Source of the DNA: Blasia pusilla
Lineage: Eukaryota
Reading direction: 5' to 3'
NCBI GenBank assembly: GCA_050084515.1
Contig: CM114271.1
Span: forward strand, 29,946,001-30,010,000
Length of the DNA stretch: 64,000 nucleotides
The notes under the pieces are model-generated. The model ran no database searches and had not been told where the DNA came from. It saw only the letters and a list, made by a program, of their open reading frames with translations. A program made the translations under genes and the position numbers. Below, one piece after another: positions 1 through 10,205 of this stretch; position 1 is the stretch's first letter, and each line of letters opens with the position of its first letter.

Positions 1-1063
1 GGGAACATTGCTCTCAACACTTGTGTCGTCGATGGCATGTGTTCATCCCTGCGACTTAACGCATCTGGAATGACATTGTCCTTCCCCGGCTTGTGGATTA
101 GCTCCACATTCATCAACGCCAAGGTATCATGCCACCGAAGTTGTTTTGGCGTCACGCGATCCTGGGTCTCAAAATACTTGAGCGATATGTTATCGGTGAA
201 TACTCGAGTCCTGTGAAGTCCCAAATAGTGACGCCACTTCCTCAAGCAATGAACCACCGCAAACAACTCTTTCTCATGAGTAGGCCATCTCCTTTCGGTG
301 TCGGTCAGCTTCTTGCTTTCGTATGCTCAGTCTCCTTTTGCACCAACATTCTTGCAATCGCGAAATCGCTAGCATCCGTGTGCACCTCGAACAATTTGTT
401 CAAACTCCGGCGTTTAAGGCGGTTCTGCGAGAGGATCTCTTTGACTCGATTGAACGCTTTATCCACTTCCTCGGTCCATGTAGTATTGGAAAACTTTGCG
501 GTCCAATCCGTGAGAGGTTTCATTATGCCCGAAAAATTCTTCACGTATGTCCGTAAAAGCGACGGACTCGATGAACCTTCATCATCCCTTCACCGTGGAA
601 GGCGGTTCCCATTCGCAATCGCGCTCACCTTTTCCATGTCTGGACTCACTCCATTTGCACTGACCACATGTCCCAAGAACTTGATCTTCGTCAAACCGAA
701 CTCACTCTTATCCGCATTCGCATACAGCTTGTTCGCCCTAAGTTTCTCAAACACCGTCTTCAAATGTCGAGCGTGCTCCTCTAGTGTTTTCGAATAGATG
801 AGTATGTCATCTATATAGATGATCACAAACTCATCCGTCTCCTTGTGAAAGATGGAGTTCATCAAAGTGGTAAACGTCGGAGGCGCATTACAAAGACCGA
901 AGGCATTACTACAAACTCGAACGAACCGTATCTCGCCCTCTGAGCGGTCTTCTCTACATCCGCCGGCAATCCGAATCGATAATATCCTGATTTCAGGTCA
1001 ATCCGGCTGAAATACTTGGCACCCGACAATCGATCAAAGAGGTCATCCATCCTCGGTAGAGGA
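1..1063 (-). mobile_element. Ty3/Gypsy pol fragment (RT-RNase H) of a conventional family distinct from the DNMT element; frameshifted, cut at the RT YPLP motif
   Basis: ORFs 862-1050 ([23 protein letters not shown]), 590-865 (VIIYIDDILIYSK, KFLGHVVS) and 305-544 (EVHTDASDFAI); bases 1-115 translate on - to IHKPGKDNVIPDALSR (RNase H end). Confidence 0.92.
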
Positions 1064-1339
1064 ATAGGTTGGGAAGAGCCAAAAGGCTCAAACCCTAAAA
1101 ATAGCCCTTCCCTTGGTAACCTGCGCGCACAGGTTACCAGGGGCAGGTGACCTGGTCAACAAGTCACCCGACTGTAAAAGACCTCAACATGAAAGTTGTC
1201 AGAAACAACGTTCCTGACGCAATGGACCTATCCTCAACCTCATCCGACACTATGGGACAAAGTTACACTCAAGATAGTCCGCTGGCTCCTACGCCCTATC
1301 CACGATAGATCTCGGCCTATCGGCTACTCAGATGTGACA
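1064..1339 (-). repeat. Truncated second LTR copy (U3-like part only, stops at the TATA box)
   Basis: About 98% identical to 9930-10205; joins directly to the unrelated RT fragment at 1063. Confidence 0.9.
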
Positions 1340-1555
1340 GTTGTCGTGCGCATACATATCGCTACACAACATACATCGCTCATCACATCTACACCACACA
1401 ACACTGATCTTCCCCACACACGGGTCGATCCACACATGTACAAAAATCAACTCATACATATATATGGAGATCACTCAACCGCCCCCCTAGCTGGCAGTTG
1501 GATCCCCCCAACTCCAGATAGAAAATATCACATCTCTCTGACATGACCTACTACC

Positions 1556-1710
1556 CTATACACATCTCGGACACATCCATCGTCCCGTGGGAACCACATC
1601 AAGAGGGGGGGGGTCAGACATGACATATGCCACCCTCGAGAACAACCATCATATACCAACATGGTGGCTGCACCCCTCGCAGATCCGCACGACATACACC
1701 TCAAGCATGC
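1556..1710 (-). CDS. PHD finger at the polyprotein C-terminus
   Basis: CMSC...MLVYDGCSRGWHMSCLTPPL, then after a shift in the G-run at about 1605-1613 DVVPTGRWMCPRCV*; stop at 1556-1558. Confidence 0.88.
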
Positions 1711-2760
1711 AAGTACTACAGCCAAGCTCGGATCCACCGTCCCATCTACGTTCGGAAGATGACATGGCGCACAATTGCGCACATGATCCTTCCAAACCAT
1801 ACCATCACGTCCCTCCAACATGAGGACTCCGGTCGGTAATACCTCGCGTAGGATCGTACGCCCTGCAGTGACATCTAGCGTCGTGGGTTCCGCCTGCTGT
1901 AAATACACGTAATCTCCAGGATGAAACCTCCTAATCCCTGGACGATAACCTCCTCCACGAATGGTTGCGTACCTCAATGTATCTCTATGCTGGGCAATAG
2001 CTAAGTTCTCAAAGGCCATAGGCATAACTCTACGAAAAACTTCTGCCCTCTGAGAACATGCTTGCACCCACACATTTGGATCATCAAGATCTAACACCTC
2101 CGCCATGTCACGTCGAATCGCTGCAGGTAAATCTGGCTCTCTCCCAAAGAGCAAAAAGTACGGTGAAAATGACGCCAAGGATGCCTACCAACTAAAGCGA
2201 TAACCCATAGCCAACCATGGCAAGCTGTGAGGTCCCACTCCCTCAATCGCCCCCCTTTGCAAGCCATACTTGCAGATCCTCTCTTCACCGTCTGTACCAC
2301 TCTCTCCGCCAATCCATCCGCCTCGGGATGATCTCGGGCGTGGTGCGGTGATCTATCGGCCCCTGATCACACAAGGCCTGAAACTCTCCCGAACTGAACT
2401 CGGTACTGGACGGTCAACACCTCATTTGGTGCACCAAAGTAACTAAGCACACGATCTAGAAATGCATAAGTTGTTCCCTTGCTCGCCTTGTCTGGTAGTG
2501 CCACCAACTCTATCCACTTGGAGAAATGCTCCACCATGACCAACACGTACCTATGATGACGCCCTGTCAATGGCAAAGGTCCCGCAAAGTCTAAACTCCA
2601 CCGATAACCTAAACCCATAATCGGCAAAGGATGTAACTGCGGAGTGGGAGCATTGAAGGATGCTCGCAATCTGTCACATACCATACATCTGGCCACAAAC
2701 AGCTGTACCCCAGTATGCATGCCGTGCCACCAATACTTGAACATGGAGTAAGTTGTAAGT
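1710..2760 (-). CDS. DDE integrase core and C-terminal region (frameshifted)
   Basis: CMVC, WSLDFAGPLP, VMVEHFSKW, AERVVQTVK, SPYFLLFGREP, FHPGDYVYL. Confidence 0.93.
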
Positions 2761-4514
2761 ACGCTTTACTCCGAAATGTCCCAACTCCTCATGGGCATGT
2801 CGCACTACACGTGCTCGCTGGGAAGGATGAGGTACCACTCGTATCCTACCATCTCCCCATATCCACAAAATGTGAGTCCGCTCCCACCTGAACCTCTTGG
2901 CTCTCTGTAGGATCCGATCCCACTCCCTAGCACTCACTGTACTCGCAATGACACCAGTGCGGAAGAAGTCCACAACCTCCACGTCGTCATGGATATCACG
3001 ACCACATGTCGCCTCCTCACTAATCTCCGGATCCAAAGACTCATCATCCAATCCCACCACTGGAGTCATCACCTGTGGCTGACTTGCCATAGTCAACCAA
3101 CAAAGATAGGCAGATGCATGCCAACCGGGCACCATCTCCTCATCACTCTCTCCGTGCCATCGAGCTCCCGTGACGTCTCTCTGACTCAGACATGGCTTAC
3201 GACTCAATCCATCCGCATCCTGGTTCATCCGACCTGGCCTATGAACCACCTCAAACTCATACTCCTGTAGTAATAGAGCCCACATGGCAAGCTTTCCCGT
3301 AAGCTTGTCCAACTCCATCAACCACCTCAACGGCTGATGATCAGTGATAAGTGTGAAAGGGTTGCCAAATAAATAGCACCTAAAATGTGCCACGGCCCAC
3401 ACTGCAGCCAAGCACTCTCCCTCGTAGGAGCTGTACTTCGCCTCTCCAATGTTGTTCGATCGACTCGCGTAAACGAACTCCCTCTCCTTGTCATCCCTCT
3501 GAGTAAGCACTGCTCCTAGACCCAACATGCTCCAATCCGTATGTAACTGGAATGGGCGACCCCTAACCGGTCTCTGTAAAATGGGTGAGGACATCAACCT
3601 GTCCTTGAGCTCCTGAAATGCTCGCTCCTGATCATCTCCCCACAACCACACTTGATCAAGTCTTGTCAACAAGGTCAAAGACTTTGCGATCGCACTAAAA
3701 CCCTTGACATACCGTCGATAGAAGTTCGCCAGTCCAAGAAATGCTCGGACTCGACTCACATCTATAGGGCGTGGAATCTGCGCAATAGCCTCTACCTTCG
3801 TCTGCTGAACGCCTAACCCACTTGGGTATATGGTGTGTCCCAAGTACTCAATCTGCTCCTGAAAGAATCTGCACTTGCCTGGATGTAACTTCAGTCCATG
3901 TAACTGCAATCGTCAAAACACCTCCTCCAAGTGTCGCTCATGCTCCTCAACCGTGGAACTGAAGATAAGAATATCATCTATGTAACATCGTACAAAATCC
4001 AAGCCAGACAAAATCCTATCCATCACTCTCTGAAACTCCGCAGGCGCGTTCTTCAACCCAAATGGTAAGAACCGCCATTGATACAAGCAATCTCTCCGGA
4101 ACCGATCTATCCCCTAGAATCTTTGTCTTCTCCTGTCCTCCAACTTTGATAGGAAGGATGATGATAGCCAAGACGGAGATCTAAATCTGAAGATCTTTGC
4201 ATGCCCTACCGCATCAAAGATCTCCTCAGGAGTAGGCATGGCATACCGATCCGACCTCGTCTGTCGGTTGATAGGACGGTAATCTCGACACATCCGCCTA
4301 TCCGTCCAATTGCCATACATATCCTTCTTTTCCGGCATGACTGTGGCAGATGCATACTCCCTATGTGATAACTCCACAAGTCCTGACTCCTGCTCTGAAT
4401 CAAGGCTCGTTCCATATCAGAATACCTGTAGGGTCGACGAAAGATCGGCGTATCACTAGCCAACTCAATCCGTATCCGGGACCCTTCAAAGATACCCAAG
4501 TCTCTCATAATCAA
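2760..4514 (-). CDS. pol: Reverse transcriptase, RNase H and integrase zinc-binding start (frameshifted)
   Basis: RMCRDYRPIN, YAMPTPEEIFD, CYIDDILIFS (about 3960-3990), IEYLGH, LHTDWS, TDHQPL, NQDADGLSR, HEELGHFG. Confidence 0.95.
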
Positions 4515-4894
4515 GGCAAAACAACCGACATGCCCTCTCGAAACCTATGAACTGCCGTCGCTCTCCTCCTATCAACTTGAGACCTATCATAGGCTCCCAA
4601 GTCTCCATCGTGACCTCACTCGGAGAGGCGCAACCTCGGCTTTGGTTGCTATGTAGCAACCCTAGCCACCTCCGCATAATGACCACTCCACTCGACCTCC
4701 TACACCATGCTCCACATCCGAAAAATGAACATGTGCTACTCTAGCCGCCTTTCGCACTCTCTGCTCGAACGATGTCCAGAAGTCCATGGGTGCCTATCTC
4801 TCCTCGTCTCGCCTGACCAATGCTGTCATGCAGACCTTGTAGGCAGTGGTCCAACTCGTGGACGTGACGGCATGGATGACACTCGCATCCGTCT

Positions 4895-5860
4895 CTACTC
4901 AGCCATACCTAGGCTGACTATCCATATGAGACAGTTGAGGTCCATCGCCAGCCCCAACACCTGTCTCCGTGATGCCTCAGTCATCCCTGGCACCGCCGTA
5001 GTACCGGTAGTGAACCCCATGGCGCGCTCGCGCTCATCTGCTATAGGCTCCTCCAATACTCCGGTCACCTCATCCCAAATCATGCCTGGCCCTCCCTGAT
5101 GAAAGGCATGGGATGCTGGGAAGCTCACCAACGTAGGTAAGGTTGCCCTCAACTCCCCCACCCTATTGGTCGTGGCCAACGGTGGTCTATCATCGCGTGT
5201 CACCACCTGAGATCGACGCCCTGAGTCCAAAATAGCATCCACCGTGAGATGTGGTGCTCTCGGACTCGTGTAGGCTCGACTCAAGTACTCTCGATGGTAT
5301 CAGGTTCGTCCACCACAATCGTGGACGATGGGCACGTGACCCAACTCTCGGTGCATCTAACAACACAGCCGGTCCTAACCAGGACCTCACCTAATGTACA
5401 CTCGTCATCACACGTGCACGAGTATCTCCCAACAATGGCACGTTCTCCAAAATGTACGCTGGAGAACATATCTGACTCTGCTGCAAGTGTCGTACTACTC
5501 GCAGCATCTCCCAAAACATCCCTGACCTCGGATCCTGCAATCCTAATCCTCGGCCAGCTGATGAATGACCCTGACATGGCCATCCAGAAATCACCAAATG
5601 AATGGTGCCAACTCTATCCAGATCTTGCGCCCCCACCAAAGATATGTCGGCGGGTAGCGTATGCTGGTATCCCCGTACTGCAGATACCGACAACAACTCA
5701 TGATACCTCTGGACCAATCTCGCCACATGACGTAATGATACTCGCCGCGCGGTCTCATCTCTCTCCACATAAAGGTACTGATGCACCCGTATGCCTGCCT
5801 GCAATATGGCCCCCAATCCGGTGCTAATCCCTCCGAAGAGATCTAACACCCTAACACCCT
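4895..5860 (-). CDS. C5 cytosine DNA methyltransferase catalytic domain (DNMT3-like), split over three ORFs by frameshifts
   Basis: Motif I VLDLFGGISTG, II YVERD, IV VISGWPCQGHS, VI ILENV (ORF 5391-6185); VIII AHRPRLWWTN (5190-5390); IX ERERAMGF and X RRQVLGLAMD (4895-5284). Confidence 0.93.
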
Positions 5861-6209
5861 CCTCTGGGCACTGCCACACAACAGGTGTGGTATCTAGTGG
5901 GGTCATCGTCTCCACTCCAAGAGCCCGATCGCCACGTGACACTCGCTGCTCGGGATAAAAACATGACTCACGCCTTTGCCTCACGAGGTCGTTGGCACTC
6001 CTCTGTAGCTCTCGAGTCGTACCCCATAATGGTGAAGAGGCATCGCTAACATGGGAAGAGACACCCGCCATGGCCTGTCTCTCCGTGGGACTATCCGCTA
6101 CTGGGACATCCTTCGCATGTGCGTTCCCCTCCAACAACTCTCTTGGCCAGCTAACACTACCTGTGAAAGCCGCCAACGTGGTCACAGATTCGCCTCGTGA
6201 TCGACCACC

Positions 6210-7232
6210 TCATCCCGCAAACTGCACGGGTAACTTACTCATCCGACCGTCACCTGACCGCCATCTTGACCGATAAGCAACGGTCTCCTCCCAGAAGTCA
6301 AGGATGAATCCTAGGGGATATAACACTGTACTCCCCACCAACACATCGTACGACTCAATTGGTGTCGTAATCGCACGTGTGCGCACCATAGCACTATCCG
6401 TCGCATGCTCTGGCTGGACTCTCACAACAATCTCCTGTTGAGTCATATACTGAGTGGGTGATACGCCCCCAATCGAGGTCTGTATCTGGAAGGGACAAGG
6501 CTCAATGTCGGCCTTCCGTAACCCCAACGCTAAACACGCTGCCTTCCCTAACATCAAGGGTTGCGCTCCCAAATCAAGTAGGACGCGCTGTGGGTGGTAT
6601 ACTGTCCCCGTCGGACTAACCAAGCAAAATACTCCAGCTCGGTTATCCATTAACACTACTCCAGGTGTCACCACTGCTTGCTCTATGGCCGGTCGAGCTG
6701 GTATATCTACCAACTTTGCCGCCGCCGCATGCCATGACTCTGTGGGGAACGTCCCAAGCAGCGGCTCTGAGGGCAAGTCCACCACCTCCTCAACTACCTC
6801 TGAACAAGAAACAGTCATCTCTCCACGCTCACACAACGTGGCGGCCAACCGGAACACCTCAGCTGGTCCAACTCCCAACGTCGCCAACTCTAAGGCGGAA
6901 AATAGTGGAGTCTGACTCACTCTAGTGGCCACCTCCAATACTATAGTCGACATTGACTCCACTCGAGCCGGCATAGGAGTTGTCACTCCAACTCCTCGTG
7001 ACGTTGACGTAGGTGCCTGAATTGTAGGCACCGCTGGTCGTCGAGGCACCATCGATGGTGTGTGTAGTGCCTCCGACAATGTGACCGACTGTGGAACCCT
7101 GGCCTGCCGCCCATCGGTCCCCTCTGGTGGGTCAATCTCAACTCCACCTCTCGATGGCTCGGTGCCTCTCAGCAGACCCCGAGTCACCATCGCATTTGCC
7201 TCAACCTGGGCTGCACTACACATGAATCCCAT
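6210..7232 (-). CDS. Retroviral-type aspartic protease region of the polyprotein
   Basis: VLLDLGAQPLML (D-x-G active-site motif, DLG rather than DS/TG) and YDVLVGS motif in ORF 6210-7232. Confidence 0.8.
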   Translation of the reverse strand: MGFMCSAAQVEANAMVTRGLLRGTEPSRGGVEIDPPEGTDGRQARVPQSVTLSEALHTPSMVPRRPAVPTIQAPTSTSRGVGVTTPMPARVESMSTIVLEVATRVSQTPLFSALELATLGVGPAEVFRLAATLCERGEMTVSCSEVVEEVVDLPSEPLLGTFPTESWHAAAAKLVDIPARPAIEQAVVTPGVVLMDNRAGVFCLVSPTGTVYHPQRVLLDLGAQPLMLGKAACLALGLRKADIEPCPFQIQTSIGGVSPTQYMTQQEIVVRVQPEHATDSAMVRTRAITTPIESYDVLVGSTVLYPLGFILDFWEETVAYRSRWRSGDGRMSKLPVQFAG

Positions 7233-7289
7233 ATTGAGAGATCCTCACCCGGGTCAGGGTAAGAGGTACAAACCGAGTCACACTAGCGC

Positions 7290-8860
7290 TCGCGACTCCG
7301 TGCCTTCCCTAAGCCTGCATCATCGTCATGGCAGCAATCCTGCTCCAAGCGATCGATGCGTGAGAGAAGGGCCGGCTCTGGTGCTCTGCTCCATCTCCCT
7401 CCGGCTGGTGGTGGTCCTCTACCACCACGCCCAGGAAGAACTCCCCGACCTCCTCCAGACGACCGCCCCAAGCCCTCGGCCTACCCTGGGACGTGCCCCT
7501 CGGCGAAGGTCAAAACATCTATCCCTAGTGTGACCATATCTGTGGCAATGGTCACACTGGTGTGTGGGTGGGGCCATCCTCGTGGCTCTGCGCAATCGAG
7601 GCGCTTTGGTGGTCCCCTCCCATCTTGTGGGCGATCTCTCTGCCTATGGGCCCCTCCACACGCCCAACAAGACCACATCGGTCCCTATTTGGGCAACATA
7701 TGTAGGTGCGGTCGTTGCCTCATAGGCTCACGGTACCCGCCCGCTCTCTAGGCACACTGCCCGCTCCGTGGTATCTGGTGCTCATTTGTGGCACCGGTGG
7801 GGTCACCGCCGCTCGTGGACCCGTCGACTCTCGAGAAAATCCAGCGGTCACTACCGCTCCTCACTCATGTTGAGCTCAATACGCTCAGAAAACTCAAAGA
7901 CCACCTTCAATGCGGGCTTCATTTGTGTGAATCAAGACCGCATCTCGGACTCTCCTCCGTAGTTCTCGGTCCGAACCCGTACCAATCTTTGGACGATCGC
8001 ACCTCGATCCACCCAAACGTAGCAATGATCAGCCTCCTCATGCGTGTGAATGCCTCTTTCGGACTCTCACCCGATCGTCGCTGAAAATCTGTCAGAGACT
8101 CTTGACTTGTCGGTGCGTATGCCCTAGTAGCTCTTCCCCAACCTGTTGGAAGAACTCCCTTTGTGGGGTTGGCGGGTGGCCCTCTACCACCAGAGGTCTC
8201 GCCACATCGCTTTGTGTCCCGCCCTCCTCTCCATCTAGTCTCCGGGATGTTGGTGTGGGTCTCTCTCCTCTCACAATCCCATCATATGCCTCGCGACCAC
8301 TAGTGGACACATACCCTGGAGCCCAATACATCCTCCAGGCATCGATCTCTACTGAATATAGTGATCAGAACTCCATGTAGTCATCCATCGGAGGACCCTC
8401 CAAGTGCTCGAACAACCCCTTCCATGCCATGAAAGGGTTGAACCGTGTCGGGGTCCGTATCTCCTGGAAGTCGCACCATGTGTCAAACTCTTGGATGAAA
8501 TCATCTAAGTCGATGGTGCCCACTACACCCGAGAAACGACGCATGCCCCGATGGCCCATGTCGTCCATCTCCTGCCAAGTACTACTGTCTCTGTCGGTGA
8601 TCGCCGTCACGGACCGGTGTCGATGATAACGATCCGATCCACGGATGGATGTTGAGGGAGCTCCTCACTGGTAACCCCTCGGTATCTCACTCCACTCCGT
8701 GTCACACCACTACCACTGCTCGCACTACCCCGTTCTTCCGAACCCAGGAAGAACGCCGTGATGACAAACCCTGTCTCACCCGCTCAAGCACTCAGACTCA
8801 CCGAGAGTCTCCCACACGCCTCACTAGCTCACCTATGCTAACGTCAATCCCATGATGACA
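7290..8860 (-). pseudogene. gag: Gag (frameshifted) with CCHC zinc knuckle(s); true start uncertain, possibly near 9120 or further upstream
   Basis: FSGVVGTIDLDDFIQEFDTWC (ORF 8365-8610); CDHCHRYGHTRDRC knuckle at about 7516-7557 (my translation); second degenerate knuckle CWACGGAH at about 7640-7670. Confidence 0.8.
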
Positions 8861-9713
8861 TACTCGGCCTCACGCACGCTCAACACTCGGGCTCACCATG
8901 AGCCTCCCAACTGACTCACCTAACCTAGCGACACACTCTCGGGTCATACACGCGACCCCTACTCGGCAACCGCCGTATATCCACCAACATGCTACACATG
9001 AAAATAATCTACACTCGTCACCATCAGTGCACCCATCTAGCACCAACTACTACCCGATACCCATCACTCTCAATCATACACGACAAGTGCGGGAAAAGGG
9101 ACTCGAATGGGTAACCTGATCACGCCCTCCAACCTGCTATACCGTCAATATGCACTCCTCCACATGATATGACAATCTCTGCCACATAACACTCCCCTCG
9201 ACCAACACGTCGATCCTCCCGTCAACAGATGCGGACAACCCGTCGGCATCATGCACACTGTCCCTCCAGCGTAAACTCTCGCAACGCCCTATGCGCGCCT
9301 CAAAAACATCATGTCACGCCCGTTGTCTAACTTGTCGATCACTCAGCACGTCGACATCCTCCTTGCCCTCACGTTGCCCATGCGCACCGCGTTCGCCGGA
9401 CCGACCTCGTCCGTCCTACCACGTTGGAGAGGGGGGGGGGAAGACTTGGACCGCGGCCCTGTAAGACCCAAACCTGCCCGTTCCTTCTCTCTTGACGCCT
9501 TCACTTGCGTACACCCGACGCCCCACCACACGCTACACTCGGCTGCTGTCCCCCAACAATCCGCACCAGCAAAATCTGAGAAAAATGGACAGCGCTTCCG
9601 CCCACGGCCTTCCGAATAGAAAAAATGACACACAACGTCACACACACGTCTCCAGGGGCTCCCGACCAAGGCAACTCGCTTGCCTACCGCAAACTCTTAA
9701 TTCCCACCCCGAC

Positions 9714-9723
9714 ATCTTTCTCA
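9714..9723 (-). promoter_or_regulatory. Putative self-priming PBS (TGAGAAAGAT), complementary to the predicted transcript 5' end
   Basis: Lies immediately after the LTR-terminal CA; 9713-9726 and 9888-9901 form a perfect 14-bp inverted repeat; conserved at 16505-16518 / 16677-16688. Confidence 0.65.
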
Positions 9724-10205
9724 TGTAAAAATAAAGAGTAGTAAAAACGGCACACCTGGCCTAAAACTCCACTCCTCAATCTACATCGGCATATCGAGCC
9801 TCGTCCACCCTGTGCTATCAAGGAATCCGGACACTAGCACCCTAGTCCTAGCTCACACACATATAAGGGAGGTGCTCCAACGGCCCAACATGAGAAAGAT
9901 GGCTTAGGAAAGCTATCTTCCTCTCTTATATAGGTTGGGAAGAGCCAAAAGGCTCAAACCCAAAAAATAGCCCTTCCCTTGGTAACCTGCGTGCACAGGT
10001 TACCAGGGGCAGGTGACCTGGTCAACAAGTCACCCGGTTGTAAAAGACCTCAACATGAAAGTTGTCACAAACGACGTTCCTGACGCAATGGACCTATCCT
10101 CAACCTCATCCGACACTATGGGACAAAGTTACACTCAAGATAGTCCGCTGGCTCCTACGCCCTATCCACGATAGATCTCGGCCTATCGGCTACTCAGATG
10201 TGACA
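9724..10205 (-). repeat. 5' LTR of subfamily A (about 482 bp, TGTCAC...TTTTTACA)
   Basis: Starts TGT at 10205 and ends ACA at 9724 on - strand; contains TATATAA (9926-9932); same boundaries in the older copy at 16516-16830. Confidence 0.8.
9900..9932 (-). promoter_or_regulatory. LTR core promoter: TATA box and predicted TSS (C|A at 9901/9900)
   Basis: TATATAA at 9932-9926 on - strand, 32 nt upstream of a pyrimidine-purine CA initiator. Confidence 0.6.

Larger units (their letters stand above)
1064..10205 (-). mobile_element. Young Ty3/Gypsy retrotransposon, order LTR-gag-PR-DNMT-RT-RH-IN-PHD (subfamily A)
   Basis: All domains recognisable in Gypsy order on the - strand; 276-bp direct repeat 1064-1339 vs 9930-10205 with about 6 mismatches by eye. 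Confidence 0.93.

Noticed and set aside
129-797. 222-aa + strand ORF, and other long + strand ORFs over 1-9700
   Set aside because: Antisense shadows of - strand pol/gag; no recognisable motifs.
4895-6185. DNMT as a host gene or a bacterial restriction-modification methylase
   Set aside because: Intronless, collinear within pol in independent copies, and no nuclease partner or PWWP/UBA/BAH domain.
9085-9108. GTGCGGGAAAAGGGACTCGAA resembles the complement of a tRNA 3' end
   Set aside because: Wrong strand for a PBS, about 600 bp from the LTR end, lacks TGG, and the B homolog appears conserved at the peptide level (RLPI) instead.
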